Below, one piece after another: positions 53,780 through 64,000 of a stretch of DNA of 64,000 bases. The stretch's first letter is position 1. Each line of letters starts with the position of its first letter. The translations under genes were made by a program, and so were the position numbers. The notes beneath the pieces are model-generated. The model did no database searches, was not told the origin of the DNA, and worked only from the letters and a program-made list of their open reading frames with translations. The DNA comes from Podarcis tiliguerta. Its lineage: Eukaryota. The DNA lies in NCBI GenBank assembly GCA_965153285.1, contig OZ229114.1. One strand, given 5' to 3'.

Positions 53780-56606
53780 TAAGCAATAAAAGAGTACAGT
53801 TGGGGAGCTACTGATAAGGAAACTTCTGCTTCACTCTGCACCATAAATACTGGCTTGTTGAGAAAAAGTTATTTTCACTTTTGTTTCAGTCAATATAAGA
53901 TGGTAAAGCTTGTAAAAAATTATTGAGGTTTGGATGGTTGTGATGATGTACTGCAGTGTAGAAGTGTGCGCACACTCTTTTTTTCACTCACACATGGTGG
54001 CCTCCTAAATCCCTGATGATCATCATCATCCAGAGGGGCTTAGGAAGGAAGCAGAATGTTCTAAAAGTGCTTCTGCAACCTGATCAATGGATGATTGCTG
54101 ACCTGAAAAAAGTACAGCATTTGTACATTGCATTCTGATTACCTGCTTGAGTTTTGCTTTCCTCCCTCTTTCTGTAGTGTATGGGAATCCTCCTAGCTGG
54201 ATTCTGGTATAAGCTGTTATCTATGCATATAACTTGCAGTCACACCCTTTCCCCTTGTTACTAATTATATTACTTTATTTTGGGTCACTTTGTAACTGCT
54301 TTTAAAACTAGCTTTTCTGGGAAGCTGTGTAGTCTTCTTTCTCCCTCCCACTCTCACAAAATATTGTAGTCTTCCCTTCAGCCCTGCACAAAGTGACTAT
54401 ACTCATGCAACAGTGGTATGTCGTCTAACATCACATCTACAAAGCTAGGATTGCTATACAGAAATTCACTGAGAACAAAAATAGGCTAGCAACCCAGTCC
54501 TAACATATACAGAGCTGTATCTGCCCACAGTGTTGACATAATGATCATTGTAATGCCATTTTTACATTTGCGGTTTAATGTGTTGCATTGGCTCAGTTTG
54601 CAGTTGACACTAAGCTAAAACACAGCTTAGCATGAATGAGTAAGGCCTTGGATAGGAGATCAGGTTCACTTTACTCCCCCAGTTCTACTGCTCTCCTGTG
54701 AAATAAGCTACAGTGGGGACATCTCTGCCCCACAGGCCTAATCAGACCCACTGAGCTTCCACATTTGGCCCACTAGGCCGTTTTGGTTAAGCCATGCTCA
54801 CATGTCCTACCCCTGATGTCATCTGTAGTATGAAGTGTGTGGCAGGTAAAGGTACAGCTCTTTGCTGAAATTGGGTTTGTAGGCACCACTGGTCAGCAGC
54901 ACTTGCAAAGCCCTATGCCTTTGAAACCACTGACATGCAACTGATCAGTGGAGCTTGCACTGAGCCTTTGTTCACATGGTTTGATGTCAGACCATGTGGG
55001 CAAAGGAAAATGCCACATGAAGGGTGAGGGAGGTTCGCATCTGACCCACTGACTAGCTCTAGTTCCCCATCTGAACCTAGACTCAATGGTTTGTCTGGAG
55101 TGAGACGAACTATGAACCCTGGTTCAAATTACACACTAAGCGAAGCCATAAAAAAGCTCAGAGCAGCACAGCAGGACGGGGAGCAGCAAAGCAGCAGAAA
55201 TATCTTTTCCAGGAACTTCCACATTTGCAATAAGCCAATGGCTTACAGTTGTGTGTGGTCCTGGTCTTTGACTAGCTCTTGATACATTCCAACTTAGGTA
55301 TTTATGTAGAAAACTTGGGACTGGATAGTCAGTATGTTCCACTAATTTGCAGTGTGTTGATCTTGTGAGGGGCCAGGGTACTCCAAACTATAGTCTCCAG
55401 GTCTTTCACTTTCTAAAGTTATGGGAGAGGGAGGAGCACATTGATATTTCTTACAGAACTAAATGTAAGCCTTTGTGTAGGGTAGGGGTTTTTTAAGTGC
55501 CCAAAATTCCATTGGTAAAATGAGATGAACCTATACATAACATGCAGTGAACATAATAGGCTGCTTTATCTTACCCATTTCTGTCTGCTCTGACAGGTGG
55601 TAGTTTTTTGAGGTCTCAGGCAAAGATCTTCTCCAACCTTGCTACCTGTGTTCATTTAAATTGAGGCAGTATGAATGTGGCTATTGTACACAAAGCTCAT
55701 GCTCTTTCACTTAGATATAAGTTCTTTTTTGTATATTTACATCCTTTTTTCAGGTGTGGCAATTGCCACACAATATAATGTTCCTAAACTCAGGGTTCAT
55801 TCTGTATAATTGTATTATGCAGTGACTTCATTAAAAATCTCTCTTTTTAATCTCTAGCTTTATAATCAAACCTTCAATTCATCTGTTTTCTGTTTCTTGA
55901 AAAAAGTATTTTCAATCCATTGCAAAGTGTTATTTAAAAAAGGGGGGGCAGCAAATTCCTTATGTCAACGGCGGGTATGCAGCTTTTGCCCTAGTTGCAA
56001 AAGCATTCTGCAAGCTCTCAGTTCAGACCTTTGACAACAACAATCAGACCATCTGCTGGCAGCCCATTGAGCTGTCAGGGAGCCAGGAGAGAAGCTTGGC
56101 CTTACCTACAGTTGACTTGTGGCCCCTTTAGGTTACCTCAAGGTAAAGCAGCCCTCAACAGAAGAAAAGGTTTCCCCTCCCCACCTTATATAATAAAACC
56201 TTAAGAATTTTATTCATAGCTGTAGCGTATGAGCACTTAATAGGAAATTATAGGTGTAACATCTCATTTACATGTGTGTGCCATTAAATTTGCTTACCAT
56301 TTCTTGGGCATTAACGTTCTTTTTGCTACAATAGTATGTGTGTGTGGGTTTTTATTGTTTGATCTGGCTATTTTTCCTGCTACAATTGAGTTAATAAATT
56401 TTCCCCTGTGTTGCACAATTTATTTGAGATTGCTGGATTTTATTCTTTTGTTGTTTCAGATGTCTGGAATGTGCTTCACCTGTTTTTCAAATGTAAACTT
56501 TTGAGGGAAAAGCTGGATTTCAAATTACCCTAACAAATCAGTGTGTCTTTCATTTATATTAGCTGATTTTTACCTAATTGTTGGCATGTAACTCTCTCTC
56601 CTGTAG

Positions 56607-56701
56607 CCTCAAGTACTACAGCCTTCCAGCCACCTTCCCAGTTTCACAGACCTCGCCCAGGGAAAATTAATAAAAACGTCACTCATCGGGGCCCACAATG
56701 A
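56607..56701 (+). CDS. CCSER2: CCSER2 last exon, short frame (exon 10 included): TSSTTAFQPPSQFHRPRPGKINKNVTHRGPQ*
   Basis: Phase-1 entry from exon 10; TGA at 56699-56701; matches the recalled C-terminus of the ~834-aa human isoform (...RGPQ). Confidence 0.9.
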
Positions 56702-57416
56702 ACCAACTGAAGACCAAAAGAAAAGTGCTGGCCATGAATCTCAAAATGCTGCAGATGGCTCCTTCACCAATAGCCTAAATGAACTGAGCACTTTAAATAC
56801 ACAGTTAAATGTAAGAAAGTCAGAGGAGAATGCACATTCCACCAAGAATGTAAAAGTTAGAGAGAAACCTAAAGAACTGTCTGGTAGAAAATTTAATACG
56901 CTACATTCGCATCCCTCTTCTCACTCATCTTCCCAAGTAAATACTCAAGAAGTGCAGACCAAATTAGTTCTAAAAAACAATTGCTCACGGACAAACCAGG
57001 CTTCAGCGCCAAAGAGTTCAAGAGCCACCAAGACTCCGAAGCAGAATGCTTTAGTGCCTCCTCCAGTAACGGTTGCAGCAGCATCTGCAGATGGCTCTTC
57101 TGCTTCAAAGGAGCCTGAACAGCTGCCACCAAGCTACCCAACACAACTGCAGCTGGCATCAAGTCAGTCTGACCTGAGTCATAAGAGCCAGAAAATCTCA
57201 AAGCTTCGTCCTCCAACGATTTCCTTTAGGCCCAAGCAAATGACAAATCCAAAAATCATGATGCCTCCTGAATCTCAGAATACCTGGTCAAAGACAAACC
57301 ACTCAAGGCAACTAATACAAGCAAAAGAAAATATGCAGAATCAAGATTCAAACATTCATTCTGGTGACTGTGTGGCTCCTAATCGGCATTCCCGCCTCCC
57401 TAAACCAAAGACATAA
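56607..57416 (+). CDS. CCSER2: CCSER2 last exon, long frame (exon 10 skipped): 269 aa PQVLQPSS...HSRLPKPKT*
   Basis: Acceptor ctcctgtag ending 56606. The phase-0 frame is open for 810 nt and includes track ORF 56952..57416. Confidence 0.92.
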   Translation, partial: PQVLQPSSHLPSFTDLAQGKLIKTSLIGAHNEPTEDQKKSAGHESQNAADGSFTNSLNELSTLNTQLNVRKSEENAHSTKNVKVREKPKELSGRKFNTLHSHPSSHSSSQVNTQEVQTKLVLKNNCSRTNQASAPKSSRATKTPKQNALVPPPVTVAAASADGSSASKEPEQLPPSYPTQLQLASSQSDLSHKSQKISKLRPPTISFRPKQMTNPKIMMPPESQNTWSKTNHSRQLIQAKENMQNQDSNIHSGDCVAPNRHSRLPKPKT

Positions 57417-58307
57417 TTGAAATCATGACTTGCTTATGAACATCTCAATGTCCTGTATTGTAAAGCTGCTTACTCTCACCCTTTCTTGTCTCAGTCAAGA
57501 ATCTTCATCAAAAGCATGCATGCACTGAATGCTTCAGTTCTTTTGGTACTTAACTATTATAGTCTAATCTCCCTTGATTTTGTGCCATTTAGAAGTCTGT
57601 GCTATCCATTGATTGCATTGCCCATTTGTCCCCTTTTAAGATTGTTTGGCTTAATACTAAAGTTTGAAATGGCTACTGGTTGCTAAGAGTAATGCACCAT
57701 TTGTTTGAGGAGGAGAGACGGCTTGCTGGAAATCCAACCCTTAGTAGTTTGGACCACTGAATGTTTGGTGGTTATGGATACACGTTTGGCTCTGACATCA
57801 ACTATAAGTGATAAATTAGTTTTTTATCTTCAATCTCAGCCATAATTCTGACACTGTATCTCAGAGACCTATGCAAAATGCTCCTATTTATTACAACAGT
57901 GAACCCAAGACTGTCTAAATGATGTATATTTGGTGTTGAATTGGGGTTTTTATGCCAGGAGGATCCCAAATTGCTGTAGTTACTTTTTGAATTTATATTT
58001 CACTGTTCACAAGCGGCAAACAAAATTTCACAGGGTGAAATGGATATTAGTTAAATTTTAAACATTAATCCACCCAAAACCTTTTCATGCAGATAGTTGT
58101 AAAATGGTTATGTGCTGTGACCCTGGGAATAATGACTCCGTGACACCTGTGTTGTGGATTTTCGCAACATAACTTTCATGTTAAGATTTAACTTAATTGT
58201 AACATTATTTATTAATTTATGTTGCTGTTGCAAGTCTTATGAACCCAACTTGAAATGTTTGCACAAACCTTTGCCATAAATGTAGGGTTTTGAAAATTAT
58301 TTTTCAT

Positions 58308-58313
58308 AATAAA
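58308..58313 (+). terminator. Candidate proximal polyadenylation signal AATAAA
   Basis: AATAAA with upstream TGTA and T-rich flanks; further AATAAA at ~58579 and 62051. Confidence 0.4.
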
Positions 58314-61300
58314 AGCTTGTTTTTTAAAGAAATATTTTTAAAATACACAGACACACTTTGGGAAAGCTTGTGGAGTCATAAAAACAGAACTGGTACTCTT
58401 CCAGAGATTAATAATATTGCATTTGTGGCTAGTTCCTAGGTATTGAATGAGGGATGGAAAATGACTGTTAAAGGAGAAAAAAACTCTTAGATACTCTGTA
58501 TGAAGATGGTTGTAGTTTAAATATTTATGGCGCAATGAAGTGTAAAGATATACCTGTAACTTGCATTAGCAAATATGCAATAAAATGCTCTTATGAGAAA
58601 CACTGCACACACCCCAAAACCAAATATGTAGTAGGTTATCTAAGTCTTACTCGAATGCCAACCAGAGAACAACGGTTAGAAGGTAGCCTTTTCAAATGCT
58701 GCCCTTTGTACTGTTAAATGAAGCAGGTGTGAGTACATTACAGTAGTAGGTTTGAATCCTTTGTTGAATGCTATCTCAAACATTGATACTTCATAAATGA
58801 AACCAGAGCATTTGCAGCTTGGGCTTCCTTTAATCCAAGAATATATGCCTCCCTCCGAAGGGATGTTGAAGACGTTTCCATAAATCAAACATGGTTCATT
58901 AGTCATAAGACTGACCAAGAATATCCTCTTAGGTTAACTATATCTATGCACCTTAAACCTGTAAGAGCATATGTTTGTGATTGCTGTCCTCAACTAGGGA
59001 ATACTCTCATCCGCCCAAGAATTGTCAACAGCAGGAAACATTTTCAAGATGCAAAGCTGGTCGATGGGAACTGCAGATTGTGAATTTTGCCTCCCAGCAC
59101 CTTACATTTCTGTGATAACTGATGGGGAAGCTCTATCATTGTAGGCTCCCAATGCAATTCAGAACCCTCTAAATTGCTTGAAGGCGGCACATGGGTCTAC
59201 ATGATTCCCAAGAAGTTATCCTTCAATATGTGAGGGTCAGAATGAGGCCGACAGCCCCTGTATAACCCTTTTGCATGAGTAATGCATTAAAAGGGCTAAA
59301 GTACAACTAACTTCCTAAAGCAACACAACTTTTTTAAACATCAGTTGCCTTTTTGTGACCAGGGATAGGGTAATACGAGGTCCTACAATTTAAATTGTAC
59401 AATGGTTTTCTCAAACCTTGAAATGGATTATAACTCAAATTCTCACATTATTCTGTTTAATTAAGGCAGACTAAACGCTTCCTTTTATATTCCATCTGTC
59501 CAAATAGTTTGATTAAATGGTTACTTGCTAGATGTGATGCCCACAGTAGATATTTTAGCATTTACTGTGGCACAGCAGTTTGTGTTACAAAAGTGTTCCT
59601 TTCTGGTTGGAGTCAAGATGCAATTACAGCATACTCTTTGAAAAACAAATATAGCATGATCCCATATTGACATATACAGCTGGTACTCAATGTTTTTCCA
59701 ATATTCAAACATTACTGGAGCAGAGGTTATTGAAACATCTTCTTGCCCCTTTAGATAAATTCAGACATCTTGTTGAAGAAAAGAGACCAGCTGTCATTGG
59801 TAAATGAAGTTTTAGGAATAATTTAATTATATCTTATCATTCTACATCTACCCTTATTAAGTCAATTTCAGTCCAGCTACAAAAAAATAATTTGCCAACC
59901 CACCAACATGTATAATGAGCAGTCTGACAATTTGTTCTTCTGGAAAGGAATTGTCACTTGCCCAGGGCAACTACTCTAAAAGCTGTTTTCCGTTATTAAA
60001 GACCTTTGCACCACATTTTAAAGCTTGGACTTTTACAGATTTCCTTGGATATAAATTAGAAATAATTAAATTATTTATTTTTTTAAATTAATATTACTAA
60101 AATAACTGTATTCCTCAGAGCACTTAATGAAAAGTTAGCGCTGGAGATGGTCTTGGTTCTATTTCTTAAATTACTAAAATATAGTACCTAATGAAAATGA
60201 AGTATTTTCCAAATATAATTTTAAGATTGCATGCCCCATTTAAAAAAAAAATGTCTGGCAATTTAGAAACAACGCAGAGGATAGCGGATCGATTACATGT
60301 AAGGTTTAGATGGATAATCTAAATTGATTGTGCTGCCAGCACATGCAAACTTGGGGGTGGGCTGAGTTTGCCACTGTCCCTAGAAAAATGAGTTTCCACC
60401 CTGCCAAAGGCAATTATCTGACAGAGGAAGCTTAGCTAGGGGCTTTCACCATCATGCATTTGTCAGTCTCTAAACTGGATATGTAATCTTCCCCCAAGTA
60501 TGACTATATCAAAGAAAGTTACAAAGTATGTTGAGAAAGTTCAGAGTGTGAGACAAAGCTCTTTTAGGTGATGAGAGGGAAAACTGAAGGCTCATGGTGG
60601 TTTGGAGAAAGTGCTGTTTGGAGTGCCAGGCCTGTAGTGGGACTCTAATGGTTATATATTTCAAGAAATATTAATACTTACTTAAAGGGAAGAAATGCCA
60701 TTAGCACCAATAGAGATGATTATTCTAAATGCAGATATTTAAAAATTTGGATTTTGTTTAGGTTTTTAAACGTGTGCATTCTACCTTTCTGGATCCTCCT
60801 ACGTTATGCAATAATTCCTAAAGTGTTAAACAGCTCCTCAAAACGTATATATATTGAAGATATCTATCTTTTAACAATAGCTGTAAAAGCGAAACAAAAC
60901 TAATTTTGCACTTTATAAACTATGAGCTCCGTTGCTTGGAGTTGTGCCTAAATTTAATCTAAATGCCTGTGGTTGAGTTAGTGAAATAGTTTTTCATTAT
61001 GCATTGGAATTAGAGTTTGGGCTTTTAAAACAATGGCAGCTTTCCATGGATGATGCAGCTTACAAATGCCGCCAGCCTCTTCCATTCCCTGCCACCTGTT
61101 CATTATTATCTCCAAATGTTCACTGTATCATTGTGCATTACTGCAAGGTATTGTCCCCCAAACGCTTGTCTGTCTAAGCATCCACTTATTTAATACCTAG
61201 CATTTGCATACTATCGCTTAAAAATTGGGAGCAATTTCTTTTGAAGGAGAGGCCCCTGGAGACACCAGAACAGAGGCTTAAATACTCTTTGTTCTTCAAG

Positions 61301-62227
61301 TTTTATACGGTTCGATATGATTTTTGATCTATTAATGAAACCATGTGCAATACTAAGCACCCTCCTCCCCAAAGTTGAGTGAATCATTTGTGTAATCAAT
61401 GAGCATCAATTCTTTCAAGTGGTTCTCAGACATATAACATGAACTCCCACTCCAGCTATGGTGAAGTTCAAGTTCACAGAAATCAATCCTTGGTCTCAAA
61501 TGCTGGGTTTTTTTGTTGCTGTTCTAATGCAGCATACATACATAGAATGGCATTTGTGATTTCTTTTGTTCCTTGCATGTCAATACATGTGCATTCATGA
61601 AACCTTTCATATACTGGTAGAGTAATACGTCTGCAGATGAAACATAAATTACTCTCTTTTTTTGCATAACTATCTGCATTTTTGCTAGGCACGCCTTCTT
61701 ATACCATTAAAATGGATATTGGTTTTGGAATGGGGTTTCCATTTTGTCTTTGTTTTCACCTGGTTGCAATGATTCTCTGACCACCATGGGCACAATTCTG
61801 GCAAAGCTAAGCACATTTAAGGCCTGTTGATTTCCATAGATGAGTTTGGTTTGTGCTTGGCTCTCCCTCATTGAAATCAGTGGGACCTGTGTGCTTAATG
61901 CTGGTGAAATTTGTCCTGCTGAAATGCAATCATGGTCGTAGATCCGGGTTTCAGTCTCTTCTACAACCATGCTATCGGAAAACTCCAAAATATTTTGATC
62001 ACTGCTGTGGTAAAGCTGCTCACTGCCTACATAAATGTCAAAAGCACCACAATAAATTAATATTAACTGCAGTGTTAGTATTAAATTTGGTACTAGCTGC
62101 AAAAGTACCCTTAATACATAGTATTTCGTTAAAAAAAATATTAAAGTAAATACTGTATATTGGAACTTGCTTGTAAAGATGATTTAAAAACTTGTATGTA
62201 AAGACTTTCCTCAGTGTTGCTTTAGTG

Positions 62228-62233
62228 AATAAA
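62228..62233 (+). terminator. Distal polyadenylation signal AATAAA
   Basis: AATAAA with several upstream TGTA elements (62154-62200) and a downstream GT/T-rich tract (tgtctttgtgtgtt). Confidence 0.7.
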
Positions 62234-63771
62234 ATTCATAATTCTGAATGTCTTTGTGTGTTAGCAGTCATTTGTCTGCATTTTTGTGGTTTGCTTGGGT
62301 AGATTCTGGGAGATGCAGAGTGTTCTGGATCTTAATTTTAAAATGAGCATTCTGCCGCCTAGTATTATCAACAGAAATCTGAACAAATCACAATCCGTTG
62401 GCTCATCTGAAATCAAATGTAATTTTAGATGAACAGAATAATGGAAATAATGGGGTAGGGACAACAATGGGTCCTACAAAAGTGTTTTGAACACGTCCAG
62501 TCAAAAGTTAATGCAACTGCATTCAGTCGAACTTACTCCCAAGCTATGCATAGGAATTCAGTCATGCTAATTTTAATAAACTGAGTATTACTACGTGTCC
62601 TGTTGCTTTTTGGATTTGGTGTGTAAGACTGCACAGCTGCTTACATTTTAAGACTCCTTGGGGGTAATGGCTTTGGGGCTGCCATGATGTGCTCTTATTT
62701 CTAAATTTACTAGTACACCACTGTGCAACAATCTTTTAAAACAATCTTTTCACTCATTCGGTATTAATCCTTATTGTTATTTGGTGCTATCTTGCTGTCC
62801 TCCTCAGACGAAAATGTCTATATAATAGTTGAACATGTAAAATATTAATAGTTGGAGGGGACAAATATTCTAGTTAATGTGCTTTCCTGCTTTTTAATAT
62901 TGCATCAGTTTGTGCAGTCTCTAAATGCTTCTGCAGATTGCTGCTCTGAAAGTAAGGATTTCATGTGGGAACTTGGATTTCATTGGATATAAAACACTGC
63001 AATCCAGATACACATTTTGAAGCCAACACAGTCATTTGATGGGACTTGACTTACAGGTTCTTGAGATGTAGTATGCACTCCACTCACTCCTTGTCTTTCA
63101 TAAAAAACGATGTCAGGCCTACTGTGATTTTAGCGTGTTTCTTTAGCACCTAGCTCTGTGTAAACACTTATTTTTGTATTTACCCTTACCACATTTGTAG
63201 GCCATACATTTTCCAAGGATCTGGTAATTTCACCCCTGAAACACTTTCATAAAGTGACTGGCCAATGTGAGTGAGCTCAAAAGCCTTGTATGAATTTGTA
63301 CCCAGCTCTCTCTAGTCCTAACTCCCAGCAACCTGTCTTCTGTACTACATGGGATGTCCTCTTCCAAATAGCATTTTAACGTCTCTTCGTCTTTAAGGTA
63401 CATTAGGCAGATAGTCACTTGGGCAAGGACACCCATTGAACACATAAAGGATTTAAAGCAGAATTTCCCATGTCCAGGCCCAGCAATCAAACCACTGCAC
63501 CCAATGGAAGAGGCAGCTTGAGAGGAACTGGTCTACCCCAGCCCATAATGGATTGCAATAAGCCCTCAGTTTATGTGGGGGTTACGTTCCATGGATTGCT
63601 CCTTAAGCCAAAATCCCATATAGTCAAAACAAATGGGGTGCAATGGCAGTTGGGATTGCCAAAGTCTATTTCCTCGACACCCGTCTACTTTTTAATTGTA
63701 AAAGAAAAAGAAACAGGTCAGGGACATATAGCTAAATACACACAAGTTAAGTGCATGTAAGTTATGGTCTT

Positions 63772-64000
63772 AAAAGGTAAAAAGGTAAAGGTACCCCTGC
63801 CCGTACGGGCCAGTCTTGACAGACTCTAGGGTTGTGCGCCCATCTCACTCAAAGAGGCCGGGGGCCAGCGCTGTCCGGAGACACTTCCGGGTCACGTGGC
63901 CAGCGTGACATTGCTGCTCTGGCAAGCCAGAGCCGCACACGGAAACGCCGTTTACCTTCCCGCTAGTAAGCGGTCCCTATTTATCTACTTGCACCCGAGA
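63772..64000 (-). mobile_element. Sauria SINE, 3' part, cut by window end
   Basis: Reverse complement of the 53421 element with an (AAAGGT)n tail. Confidence 0.93.

Larger units (their letters stand above)
11190..62250 (+). other. CCSER2: CCSER2 gene span (coiled-coil serine-rich protein 2); TSS and 3' end approximate
   Basis: Ten GT-AG coding exons with compatible phases assemble into a protein matching recalled vertebrate CCSER2 throughout (MEEK..SRLPKYGTK, RSQSFSHS, DYRAGSSFELSPSDSSDGTYMWDEEGLEP, LDEMTLRHMVQDC, ADKYTQT, SRLPKPK). Confidence 0.95.
57417..62250 (+). other. CCSER2: Long 3' UTR of CCSER2
   Basis: AT-rich ~4.8 kb with no transposons recognised, ending at a well-formed poly(A) signal. 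Confidence 0.65.

Noticed and set aside
61707-62102. 131-aa minus-strand ORF with a hydrophobic N-terminus
   Set aside because: Non-ATG start, lies antisense within the CCSER2 3' UTR, and has no recognisable homology.

Overview
Vertebrate genomic DNA, most likely a squamate and probably a lacertid lizard (Sauria SINEs, BovB, CR1, lizard-type MITEs). It holds one complete + strand gene, CCSER2 (FAM190B/Gcap14). The gene has a CpG-island promoter, a non-coding exon 1 (~11.2-11.44 kb), ten coding exons from 19416 to 57416 and a ~4.8 kb 3' UTR ending near 62250. The hand-assembled exons give two isoforms. An 85-nt cassette exon (45633-45717) shifts the frame of the last exon: inclusion gives ~832 aa and skipping gives ~1042 aa with a C-terminal SRLP motif. 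Upstream lie two independent insertions of one Gypsy LTR family, a solo LTR and an internally deleted provirus, each with its own 5-bp TSD. Other points of interest are two uORFs abutting the start codon, a paired RFX X-box cluster in intron 3 (candidate internal promoter) and 8mer sites for all four miR-17~92 seed families in the 3' UTR. No wholly new system is evident; most short ORFs in the track are spurious. Repeat family names and human comparisons are from recall, not database searches.
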